A stretch of 51,330 nucleotides of DNA, the filler included, from Streblomastix strix (Eukaryota): assembly GCA_008636045.1 (NCBI GenBank). It is 3 parts of 3 records of this genome, joined end to end, with 100 filler letters (N's around TTAATTAATTAA, not from the genome) between each part and the next. Parts side by side here need not be neighbours in the genome. Positions count along the whole stretch, not along the records: positions 17,147 to 34,190 come from SNRW01000734.1; positions 34,291 to 51,330 come from SNRW01000735.1; 1 more part is not named here. One strand, written 5' to 3'. A program made the position numbers and the translations under genes. Numbering within the stretch: the first letter of the stretch is position 1; every line of letters begins with the position of its first letter. The notes below the pieces were generated by a model. The model was not told the origin of the DNA and made no database searches. It saw only the letters and a list, made by a program, of their open reading frames with translations. Positions 27,546-39,534 of this stretch are shown here, piece by piece.

Positions 27546-28924
27546 TTTATATAAATTGAATTTGTCTACAAAGAAAATATAAAAAATAGAATTCAACAAC
27601 TATTATGAAAGGAATTTTAGAGTTTTGAAATATTAAATTTCAAAGTACGTTTAAAACATTAAATAATTATGAAACATAATTATTTATAATTTAATTGATA
27701 TATAATATCTCTAAAATTTAAATAAATATAACAAAGCATAATATTAATAATGTTAATACGATAGAAAAACTCGAAAAATTGAAATTTAAATATCCTTGTT
27801 ATTAGCAAAGTATATATCAGTGTCTTGATTCAAAAATTTAAATTTTTTTACAATCACTTCTATAAATAAGAATCAATTTTCTATTTCAAAGCTGAACTAA
27901 TAATTTCTTTTTGTAAATAAGAAAACAAAAGTAAAAATATATTTCGTTGGTAAAATGTACATAATTATTTATGAAGTTTATTGAAATACAATTGAAAGGG
28001 TTGGTGGAATGAATTAAATAACCCAAATTCAAGTAATTTTGAATATCAAATGGCATTTTTCATCTGGAAAAAGATCTTTCAATTTCGTTTTGTCAAAGAA
28101 ACCCTGAGTCTAGTATGCTCACCAAATTAATGCAAGTGCTACAAAGATGAGTAACTTATTCCCTCTATGAAAAATAGAAATTATTAGGGTTATTAAAAAA
28201 TAAAAATTAAATAGTTTTAAACAAACACCATCTGCTTCAATCCATCAACTACTGTTTACGACACGTCTACTGCAAATGGATGTTTCGGTTCGGAAGAGCA
28301 CATGTTTGGCAAATTCTGAAAAAGAAAAGAATGAAACAAAAAAATAAAGTCAAGAAATTGATAGTTTTCTAAATAATTATATACTTCAACAATTAAAAAA
28401 ATGAGCGTTTATTATTTAAGTTAAAATTTAAATATATTTGTAGTTACATGAAAAACGAACAAATTTATATTGTTTTAATTCACTAAGTATTAATGAAATT
28501 TCTGATAAATAAAATTTTAATTTTCTCATTTAAATAGAAGCATATATTTCGTAAAAATAATAAATTTTGTATTGCGAGTATAAAATATAACTGTTTATTG
28601 TAATATTAACTATTGTTTTGAATTTATTACGATTTTATTACGATGCTTCACGATCGGGCCCTTAATATATTAAAATTTTTAGATTTTAAATATAAAATTA
28701 CAAAATAATTGTAGTATTGCATTAGAATGACTAATTGGAACATTATATTTTTAATGTTATTAATAAAATATAAGCACAAGTAAAAAAATCAATTAATTTT
28801 ATAATTTTTTTGAATAGTTTCCATATAGAGATATGGAAAAGCAGAATAATATGAAATGTAAAACTGTTAAATTTATTAATTCAATGGGACGTTAATAAAT
28901 GATCAAAATTTCAATATCAATATC

Positions 28925-30260
28925 TGTAGTATATGATGGGGATTTATGCCCAACTACACGAAGTATTCAGTTTTTTAAAAAATCTCCACTCCAACATTTT
29001 ATAAGCTTTGACCTTACAATTTATAAAATTTTCTCACATCTGGCTAACGCATTCGTTCGAAAATATTATAGAATTGTTAGACCATCACTTACAAAATGAA
29101 TTATTATAAAAACTAATACCCTTAAAGTTACTGCATAAGTCACTTATAAATAATACTACTAATGTGCAAAATAAATAAAATATATCAACACCTTTATATA
29201 AAATAATTAAAATAAATAATTTGTAGGTTAAAAAAAGCTTTTTAAAAAATATCTCTGACAAATCACCTACATCAATTTATAATAATATATAAAACAAATA
29301 AAGGATATACATAATTTTTATAATAATTTTAGAATGGAGTTTTAACAAAAAATGTCATAGCCACAGACCGTTCCAGGTGTTCCGGGTGTTCTGAGTAAAA
29401 TAGGTTCTATGAAAAATGTCAGTCGATCCGTCAAAAAATTTTTCTTGATGAATGACTTATATAATTGGAATAAAATAATTTAATATATAATAAATGTAGT
29501 AATAAATAATAAAATTTATTGACAATACGGTTTCCAAAGTCGATAAAATAAAACTATAGGATTTTATAGGAAATTTAAATTTTCATTTTAAAAAACAATT
29601 TAACATTAACAATTTGTAAGAATAGTTCGAAAATAAAACTTTATCCTAATGGTATAAAATTTACTTGGATAATTTCACGAAATACCACTCTGAAAGAATA
29701 AAACAAACAATAAAGCCATAAGTAAAGCCAAACTAGGAACAATAGCCTAAGCAAATGGTAAATATATTTCGTAGTAAAATTTAAAACACAAATGATATAG
29801 TACAAGATATAAAAATAAAACCTTTAAAAAAATACTAAAGACCATATTTTTCACCAGAACTTGGAAGCTGGGAATTTGATTTTATTTTTGTAATGCACCA
29901 AACAATTAATAAAATTGTGTAATAATATTTGTTTTGCATTAATATTAATACCAAATTTTTAGTTGTATTTTCTTTAAAGGATAAAACAGCAAACGAACTA
30001 CTAAGATGTATAAAGTAGCTTATCAAAGACTAAAATGTTAATACCATACGTTCTGATGGTGAAGCGGCTTTAGGTAGCAAACAAATCAAGGAGTTTTTAA
30101 AAGAAAATAATATAATTTTTTTTTAATTCTTCACCTTTCATTAATAAAAATCGAGTTGTTGATTCAGTAATAAGAACAGTAAGAAACGCATTTGAAAATG
30201 ACTCTAAGCTAATGGCTAATAACAAATAAATATAGCAAATACATGGTAAAGTTGGTTAAT
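28925..30260 (+). mobile_element. Truncated end of a Polinton/Maverick: terminal repeat (~28925-29450) followed by an integrase remnant
   Basis: Begins TGTAGTATATGATGGGGATTTATGCCC; colinear with the reverse complement of 39530-40403, and the similarity stops at the (A/T)GTAGT terminus. Confidence 0.8.
29790..30245 (+). pseudogene. rve-family (retroviral-like) integrase core, frameshifted and truncated
   Basis: KPLKKYQRPYFSPELGSWEFDFIF...YLFCININTKFLVVFSLKDKTANELLRCI...NTIRSDGEAALGSKQIKEFLKENNI [frameshift in T-run 30116-30124] SSPFINKNRVVDSVIRTVRNAF. Confidence 0.8.
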
Positions 30261-31418
30261 GGGTAAAAAAAATAGCCTCTCCAAAAAGTCCAATTATATG
30301 TCCGGTGGGTCGTTTTTGAGTTATTAATAAAATAATGTTCTATGATATGAAACGCACAAATTGGCATAAAAATTTATAGACGCTAAATTGAAAGTTATCG
30401 AGAAATCTAACTTTTTTTTATTTTGCTTGAAATATTCACTTTAATGAATTAATGATTAAATATATATTAAATGTATTTAAATAAACATAAATAATTAAAT
30501 TAATAGTTTTAAATGAAAAATTATTTTAGATTGATGTTGTTTATTGATGGATTCAATAATCAAATTTTTTGGTGCATCATTCTTTTGATAGGTAATATAC
30601 CACTTCTCTTATTCTAAATATAATTTTTATTCATAAGCAAAAACAAATTGAAATAAATGACAATTACATCAAAATTATTTGTAGATCCTGCAGAATTATG
30701 ATGTAAATTACTGAACATTAAATTCCTTGTTTAACAAGTTCTCTTCTGTCAAACACTTCAAAAACACTAATAAATTTATAATTATATATTATTAATTTGT
30801 TTTACATAGAAAATATATTTATTAGCATAAACATGTCGAGAAAACCTGGCTGCAACTTAAAATTAACACGTTGACTCTCGCAATTTCATTAATTTATTAA
30901 ACATAGCATTTTTTCAACATTCACTTCATTTAATATTTAACTTGCATGTATAATACAATATTTTAAATATATTTATAATCGAACGCTTTTTTCATAAATT
31001 CTGCGATATCTCTGCTCCAAAAATAACTTAAGCATATTTGATAATATTTATTACCTTTCCCCCTGATATATATCAGTTTTCTAAAATATTGTAAATATTT
31101 AAACAATTAAATATGCCAAAATACCCGCATTTTTTTAACCAGGTCTTGAGCATATTGGATGGTATATTGCATTTAATTTACTTTTTTTGTGGGGCAGACC
31201 CCAAATTTTCATATTAACTTTTTTTGTTTCGCTCTGGAAACGTATTTCGCATTTTCTGAAATTGACAAACCGGACGGTTTTGGAAAGGCTATTATTTTTA
31301 CCCAATAACCAACGAAATTCAAATAATACATATATAATAAATACTTATATTTAATTATTGTTTAATTGTTTTTATTATAATTTTATTGATTATTAATTAT
31401 ATAAATATGATTGTGACT

Positions 31419-32007
31419 TCATTTTTTTTTCTTTTTTCCAGTGGCATCCTTTTTGCTATTTATTGCAACTCGTCGCTCATGCATAATTGGAGCTATAGCA
31501 TTAAGAAGTTAATTTTCTATTCAAATTTAAAAATAAATATAACATTAAATGATAATTAAAAAGAAAATTTGATGTACTGTTTCGAATATTCTCTTTAACA
31601 AAAGCTTTTACTTGTTTATCGCCTTCCAATCGTGCATATATTTATACACGCACCCTACCCTCCGAGAAAAAATCACGAGAATATTTCTTTTTTTCCTGGA
31701 GAAGAGCAAATAAGACTTTAAAAATAAAAATTTTAAAATTGTGAAAACTTCCACTCGTGTTTCTAATCCAACCTCTTTGCAAGCAGCAACAATCTCATTT
31801 ATTGTAGGGTTCTCAACAGCAATCTCTTTGTTCACTAATCTTCCTGTGGGGCACAAAAAATCAAGCAAAAAGAAAGAAAAAAAAAATCCACGCACCTTCG
31901 TGCTTCTTCTTAGTTGAATCTAAGTATGCAGGATATATGACATGCCAATGATATATCTCTGGAGCAGTTTTCAGCAAACCAGACTCTTCAGTTGTAATAA
32001 ATTCCAT
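31419..32007 (-). CDS. SRP19: Signal recognition particle 19 kDa protein (4 exons)
   Basis: WHVIYPAYLDSTKKKHEGRLVNKEIAVENPTINEI...EKKKYSRDFFSEGRVRVQI...KNQLLNAIA...GKKKKK*. Confidence 0.93.
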
Positions 32008-32314
32008 GTGATTATACAGCTTAATATAATGGTAATATTAAATACTTTAAACATCTATATTATTTGCAATATATATAATTCTAACTAGATCCGTGCGTTT
32101 GTGACAAACCGATAAGTCTTTTTTGATCTTGTCAGCCATTTGATTTTAGATATTTGATCTGAAAATATTTGTTAATGTACCATAAATATAATATTATTTA
32201 CTATTCGTTACGTTCAGTTTGTATATTATTCATATTGGTGTGAAATATAAATGGGCAAAGAATGTGTATGTAACTCTAATTATCAAAATAAAATACTTAC
32301 CATGAAGGGTATGT

Positions 32315-32530
32315 TCATGGAGGATTACTGGAGAAAACTTTGATATCACCATCAGCGCCTGCAGTCACAAGTATTGGATGTTGTGGATGAGCTACGATCT
32401 TGGTGATACTTTCATTGAATATTGGAGAAGAAGATGAAGAAGGCATTATGGGAGATGATATTAATATGGATGAAGGAGAAATAGAAGATTTCAATAATTA
32501 TTTCAATACTGATACAAATGACGATGCTTG
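32315..32530 (-). pseudogene. Orphan terminal WD40-repeat exon (gene fragment)
   Basis: NESITKIVAHPQHPILVTAGADGDIKVFSSNPP*; no upstream WD40 exons in the ~300 bp before the neighbouring kinase stop. Confidence 0.55.
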
Positions 32531-32848
32531 ATTGAAATTTTATTAAAAGAAAAGTCATTTATTATTATTTATTTAATTTTATAACATTTAGATAATAAAA
32601 TATTGAAATTTGAAAAATAAATTTACATTCCATTATTTTTATTTTTATTATAAATATTATAAAAAAGCTTAATAGAAAGAAGGAGAAATAACAGATATAT
32701 TAAACCTATCAATTAATCATTGTTAATAGAATAAACATGGTTAATTAAACATGCATTGTTGATTGCTTCTCTTTTTCTTTTATATCAGTTTGCTAATGTC
32801 ATTCATATTTTTTACAATTCTTTCAACAGTACACCATAAATTGCCATT

Positions 32849-34168
32849 TCATATCTTTGCCAAACAAGCAATTATTTCTGGAGTTTACATAATTTCATTG
32901 GTGGTTATTCTCTAACGTGGATCCTGAATAAATAAAAGGGAAAATAAAAAATAAATAATAAAATAATTTGAAATAATAATTATTTTATTTTCAACTTACC
33001 TTCACCAGCATCTTTAATATAAGTTTCCTCATGTTCTCTGGATAACGAAGTGGAAGTTGTCTTGGTTCGTTTTCAGCCACAAGTTTGAGGTTTGAAAGAA
33101 TGAAGTGATCTTCACCTTTATTCATGAATGGATGATATTGTGCAAGAAGTTCAAAAAGAATAATACCCAAGGCCCAGATATCTGACGAGAATCGTAACTC
33201 TAATTTATCTTTTAGCATACTTAATATATGATTATAAAGTAATTAATAAAACATATGATATTTTAAAAAAAATAGTTAATTAATGAATTGAAAATAAATA
33301 TTTAATAAAAGTTAATAACATAAATTTATTCTAAATATTTTTATTTCATACTCTTCCATTTTTAATCCTATGATGTTTTGCTACTATAATGGTTACAAGA
33401 GTTCAGGAGCTAAATATCGCCTGATCAATTATATATTATATTAGTAAAAAAAATTGTTAATAAATATAATAATAATTATTATTATTAAAAATAACCAAGA
33501 AAATCCGTTTGCAGTCGCATAAGTTGCTCCATTCTATAGCTTCCTAGCCAATCCAAAATCTCCTGGATAATTAAATCATGGATAAATAAATAAAATTAGA
33601 ATAAAATAATATTGAATAAACCAAGCTTGATTTTTCTGTCTCTTGATAACAAAACATTAGATGGTTTTAAATCTCCATGAATTATTCCATTAAAATGCAT
33701 CTGACTAATTGTAGATACCATCTGGGAAATAAAAGTCCAGGCATCCTAATCATTATATATATTGAATAGATTATAAATAAAATATAATAGTTTTAATAAT
33801 AAAAATACAAAAATTATTCTAATTTACCTCTTCAGAGATCATTTATCCACTTTTTTTCATATCTTCTATATATTAATGTAAGTCTCCACCTTCGCAATAT
33901 TCCATAATAAGAAACGCTTTAAATTCTTCTTCATCAACAAAGAAACCAAGAGGTTCGATTACATGAGAAAATGAATTTTGCGATTTCGATGATCTGTGAA
34001 ATATTTCATTAATTTCCAGAATAATTCTAACTTCACAATTAACCATATCTATTTATTTTGGTTTTCCATAATTCATCTCTTTTCGAGCCATTAGTTTACC
34101 TGATAGCTTTTCTTTCACGAGGCAGATTGTTCCAAAGCCACCAGAACCAATTTATCTCAAACATTGAA
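32849..34168 (-). CDS. NEK-like Ser/Thr protein kinase, 5' end cut by the contig edge
   Basis: IGSGGFGTICLV, MARKEM, FLIMEYCEGGDL, IIHGDLKPSNV, GDFGLAR, RYLAPE, SSDIWALGIILFELL, DPRQRITTNEIM; GT-AG introns; TGA stop. Confidence 0.9.
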
Positions 34169-34190
34169 CTATATTTAATATGAATAAAAA

Positions 34191-34290
34191 NNNNNNNNNN
34201 NNNNNNNNNNNNNNNNNNNNNNNNNNNNNNNNNNTTAATTAATTAANNNNNNNNNNNNNNNNNNNNNNNNNNNNNNNNNNNNNNNNNNNN
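34191..34290. other. Artificial contig linker (N44-TTAATTAATTAA-N44)
   Basis: Identical to the 17047-17146 linker. Confidence 0.97.
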
Positions 34291-36000
34291 ATCCCTGCAA
34301 ATATATTAGCCATATAATTAAATAGGTATGAAATTAGAGATAAGGATGAGGGTTAAATAAATGGAAGGGTTAATTTTAATGCAAAGGCTAACCCTATAAC
34401 AGATAATAACAAAGATATGTAATAAGTTAATTAAAAATATTATGGTAAAACTGCTGATGGTTCAGAACATAGTGAACACTTGTACTTTTGGCTTGGATTT
34501 TCTACAGCTTGCGGACCCTTTAATTAGTTTGCAATATTACGAGATGCTTAAAATTTATGAAATACAGCAATATATGCGAGAGAGTAAGCAGTTATTTGTT
34601 CAAATTCATTAACAGATTTATGCACTAATAATAGCGTTTGTTTCTCACCACTCGAGAGTATCATCGCTGGAAAACGGCATTGAGGTATTTTTTTGGATTT
34701 TCCACTTAGTGATATAGATAAAGCAGCAGAATGAGGTACAGAATATTTTTATATGATTCCATATGATATAATTGTTAGCGGTGTTTTAGATTTGAACTAA
34801 TAAAACCCAATTATTAACATATTCCCCGTACTGACAAGAAACTTTGCATCATTATACTTATAGCTATGGATGTAGGATTTCCTTTAGAATTTAAAAATTG
34901 TGTGGCTAAATAAATCAGATACCATTTTTTAATCGTTATCTGGTTAATGCAATGATTACACCCGAGAAACCAGATATTGTTTATCTATAAAGTGAAAATG
35001 AAGATGTTTTAATATTATATGAATAATATGCTGTTAAGCAAGTTAATATGTAAAATGTTCCGAATACTGCAAAACTACCATAAAATTCAATTAGTTAAAT
35101 ATCAGATGGTAAATTCGAAGAGCTAGAAATATAAAATGTATGTTTTAATATAGAAAATGAAGAAGCAATTATTGAGATGATAAAAACATAAAGAATAATA
35201 AATTTCCCTACACAAGTTATATGGTCTTAACCTTCAAATTTCCCCTTCAGTGGTTTTTAAGCTGTATCTGGTAGTATGTAAAGTATAATGTCATTTGCTA
35301 ATATAAAGGCACTATTTATGACATTTGCCATGCCATAATATTCTACTTGGTTATTCCCAGTACAATTTTATAACTTTAATTTGGTTATTGATTAAAATAT
35401 TCAAATACCATAACCGAATAAAGCACTGATCCAAACAACTAATAGCTAAATGTTTGATTTTTCTGTTGATTAAGGTGTTGAAAGTGCTCCATCAGACCTA
35501 TGCCATTCATTTACTTTTGAAAATGTAAATGTTGATGATAAAAGTATATTTATGGATATGTTGATGATGGAGGTGATGTAACATCTACTGCCAATATATT
35601 TTATAACACTACATTATTCAATGGAAGTAAAGCCACAAAAACATTATACCCAAACAAGTATATGCTAGCGTGAAAGCTGGCAACTGATAACTCTTTTATG
35701 CATGGCTATAAATCTTCAAAAACTGGTGCTAGGACAAATATATAAGTGATTTTAAACGGCTATTTGACAAATGGAATTATAGATACTACATAATTAAATC
35801 CATCACAGAATTTAAATGATTTAAAGCAATTTATTGGTATGCGAAGCTATCCAGATCCACATCAGGTTGCGTTAACACCTATCATGCACTATTTATGTGA
35901 AGCATTTATTCGTATAGCTTTTGAAGATAACCCAGACCCCCAAGTATTAAGCATGGATGTTATAGGAGAAATAGGAAGTTCATCAATTAGATGCGGTTGA
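34291..36000 (+). pseudogene. Putative major capsid protein gene, copy 2 (5'-truncated, four internal TGA seen, two frameshifts near 34930 and 35545)
   Basis: FWLGFSTACGPFNQFAILRDAQNL*NTAIYAREQAVICSNSL...MSFANIKALFMTFAM...TPIMHYLCEAFIRIAFEDNPDPQVLSMDVIGEIGSSSIRCG*; same stop position as copy 1. Confidence 0.6.
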
Positions 36001-36202
36001 TAGGATTAATGGGATTAAAATAATAAATATTATTTTTGATAAAATAATGGTTTCCATTCATTTGCAAATCTTCGATTCGCAAGCATATTTGATTGCTGCC
36101 TCTTAAATGGTTTTAAATATTGCATGCCAATTTATGTTTAATTTTTCAAGGGAATATATTAAAATCTTGTTAAATCCGTCCATTTATTTATTTTTAAAAT
36201 TA

Positions 36203-37393
36203 TCAATTACCATCGAAGTTAATAAAATATGTACCATTAATTTACACATTTATTGGTGAAGGTAAATTTATAAGAGAATTTGAATTTATGATGACCTCGC
36301 CCCGCTGATTGATTACGCAATTGAGACATTAATTTATATTTTGTGATGAAGCCGTTAAATGCTACATGACCACACGGTCAGAAAAATGGGGGATAAATTC
36401 ATCATCTACGTATCTTACTATAACAGGGATACTAGTCGAACCCCCTTATGATGTCCAACGAAGGTATGCGCTAATATAAAAGATTCCGCTGTTACTCAAA
36501 ACTAAAGAACCTTGACTTAACCCGACGACATAATCACCTGCATGAAAAATTCCTGATTTTGCAGTTGTTGTACCAACGGTTTTACCATTAAATTTTAATA
36601 TCGTACAATCCCGATCTATATATATCCCTCCATTTATATTTTTATAATCATCATCTTTTTATATCTGGAAAGGTGCATCACGCAACCATGTTCCTGTACC
36701 GTCAAATTATGAAGAAATTACCCAACTATATTCTACAGTTGATACTCCACCAATTGACTAATAAATATTAGCACCTAAATATATATTACTCGGTTAACTT
36801 CCCATTCCTCTGTTTATTTTAATCCCAGCATCTTTTGTGTCTATTAGTAATGATGTCGGTTATAGGGTAAAATCACTTAAAGCGTATGGATTTTCTTTTG
36901 GTAAAAAATCATACACATCAGCAGTAGCGCCATTAGCTAATAGAATTTATTTATTTATACCATTAATTTTAACGAATTTTTCGGCAATAATAGGTTATAA
37001 AAATGTTTTGCTTCCGTTTACTGTTTGACTAGTATTTATATTTACAAAATAATTTATGTCTGATGTGTCACCATTAGCTAGAAAAAATTAATTGCTTACA
37101 TCATTATTTTTAACTAATATTTCAGCATCTATAGGCTATAAAACGTCTTTACTCCATTAATTACTTGATTGGTACGTAAATTTACATAATCAATTGAATT
37201 TCTGAAAAATTAACCCTAATTGTTGAAATATTTTATGATTTCGTTATCTTTTATTTACAATAGGAGTATTTTTTTACTTCGTCTAATTTTGCTATTCTTC
37301 CCGTATTTTCTATATTCTTTTTAATTCTTCTTTCTAAATTTTCAAATTGTCATCATCAAGTAGTGATAAATCAGAAGTTATTTAATCGTTCAT
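36203..37393 (-). pseudogene. Tail-fibre-like protein gene (~395 codons, two frameshifts)
   Basis: Tandem units YVNLRTNQVINGVKTF...QIFLANGD and FVNINTSQTVNGSKTFLQPI...QILLANGA, then a Gly/beta-rich region ending ...INQRGEVIINS...QINGTYFINFDGN*. Confidence 0.55.
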
Positions 37394-37983
37394 TTTAATT
37401 ATCCAAAAATAAGTCATATTATTCATTAACATAATAGTCTATGCAATTAATCAGATATTTAACCCCACTTTAGCCGTATTTATTATATTTTGTATTAAAT
37501 TATATTTATTCTACAGCTTCTTTTAATTCTCGGTATTTTACCCCAAAATCCCTGTTATCACATAATACCTTCATTAGTTCTGTATATTCTTTAATTATAT
37601 CGTCGATATGCTCATTGTTTCTTTTTTCAATCATTATATATACTTGTTATGGGTATTTATCAGGGTTATTTCCATATCTTTTTACCAACTTATAATATGG
37701 CTTATTATTTTTACTTAATGTATGTTAAATAAAAATTATCATAACATTAATAAATACGCTCTACATATTTTTCTTTTGGTATATTTTAGGGGTGATAGAG
37801 CAATTTACCTTTTACTATTTCAGTTTGTGAAAGCATTTTTATAGATAATAAAAATAATAAAAAATAAATTTGGATATAAAAATTTTCAAAAATCTTTATC
37901 TGTAATTTCTACCTCTTGTGCTTCACTTAAACGAATGAAGTCGCAATTTACTCGATAAAATTTTTTCAATAGAGTTATATTGC

Positions 37984-38612
37984 TCATTATCCAACACTTT
38001 TACAGATACATTTTTTATTAAAATATCTTATACTCTAATATGTTCTTTTTTCTTGAACTTCTTAGGTATGCAGGTATGGGGTTAAATAATTGCTTCCTCT
38101 AGTACTATTTCAACATCATTTTCATCATTCTATGTGATTAGTGCCCAAAATTTTATAAAATTTTCAGATGGAAAAACAAAATCATCACTTCTTTATCTAT
38201 ATGTAATAGTGTGCCAAATAACATCAATGAAAAACTTTTATACTATGAGATTCAGATGCGATAAGTATATACTTTTTGGCTATTATTTTGCTAACTATTG
38301 GATTGCTTCTTCTGGTTCCACTTATGCAGTTGTTCTATCTACATCTTTATATTTATTTATATTGTATAAACGTTTTAGCGTTTCTGGACCTTCGGGCTAT
38401 TTTCTGTGGAGTACATTTTTGTTTTCGTTTTCAAAAACTTTTTATTGTGTAATTTCTAAGTCTGCAGGCATTATTTTTATACGATTAATAGCTTCATCGA
38501 TTAGTTATAGTCTGACCTTGTCCTCATCTGTAAGCTCATTTTTCTTAATATCTGCCATTTATTTCTTACTTTTCGACATTCTTACTTGGTTTCTTTCAAT
38601 ACCCTTTATCAT
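37984..38612 (-). CDS. Polinton ORF of unknown function (3' part possibly frameshifted)
   Basis: Intronless frame MIKGIERNQVRMSKSKKQMADIKKNELTDEDKVRLQLIDEAI...; explains the antisense 177-aa track ORF. Confidence 0.5.
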
Positions 38613-38636
38613 TTTATTTATTTATAAAATATTAAA

Positions 38637-39299
38637 ATGGAATTATCGCATGCGCTTAAGAATTTGATAGAAAACGGGACAAATATAGAATATTTTGATA
38701 AGGATTATGTTGTATAGATTAACAAACAAATAAAGGTATATGAGGACGGCAGAAAGCAACTATGAAAATTGACACAAAAATAGTAAAATAAGCTATTGCT
38801 ATAAGCTCGTGGACGTAGAGAAATAAAGAAAAAACTATCAATATAGTCTATATAGAAATAGGAAGTAAATGATGAAGAAGATTTTTTAAACAATAAATAA
38901 TAGGAAGAAAGACATAGAAATATATAGTATGATATGAATGAAAGCGATGATGAAACAATCAGCTAAAGCGAAAGACCCGAAAGGCCAATAAAACATTAGT
39001 TTGAGGCTAAACAAGCTCATAAAAAAGCTATAAAAACATCAAAATAGCCATAAATCAACTATACTAATCCATTACTTGATTTTGTAGAATTAATTCGTTT
39101 AAGAACTGAAAATACTTTTATAAAGCAATAGCATTAAGACGCTATAAAATAAATAGAGAAATACAAACAAAAAGTAAAACGTTATAAGCAACCAAAATAG
39201 ACACTTGAAAAAGAAGAATAACAAGAGATTCAACTCGAGCTTTTATAATAAAATTATTAACCTGAATAATAATTTAGCGAATATGACCTATATAATTGA
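38637..39299 (+). pseudogene. Polinton ORF of unknown function, charged/coiled-coil, one internal TGA
   Basis: MELSHALKNLIENGTNIEYFDKDYVVQINKQIKVYEDGRKQL*KLTQ...EYDLYN*. Confidence 0.5.
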
Positions 39300-39327
39300 T
39301 AAAATTTATTTTTAACTAATTATAAAA

Positions 39328-39534
39328 ATGGAAGAATTTTAAAGTCTTTTAAAAGATTAAGAACCTAAACTATAACAAATGCTTTAACAACTAAATAAAG
39401 AAATAAAAGATTTTAACATAGAGCTAAAGAAATTATAAGTTTCAACTTTACGTTTTGCACTTAGCAATATACATGATATAATGAAAACATTAGAGCCATT
39501 ATATGGAAGTTAAAAATATAATGCAAAATTATGA
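39328..39534 (+). CDS. Small coiled-coil Polinton ORF (68 aa)
   Basis: MEEFQSLLKDQEPKLQQMLQQLNKEIKDFNIELKKLQ...YNAKL*. Confidence 0.4.

Noticed and set aside
27990..28320. Short spliced coding-like segment on the minus strand
   Set aside because: Every frame hits TGA and I recognise no family; possibly a pseudogene fragment.
30570..30910. Small three-exon minus-strand ORF (MFNKLMKLRES...)
   Set aside because: Short, no recognisable motif, gene model unsupported.
38134..38667. 177-aa plus-strand ORF, the longest in the track
   Set aside because: Antisense shadow of the minus-strand viral ORF starting at 38612.
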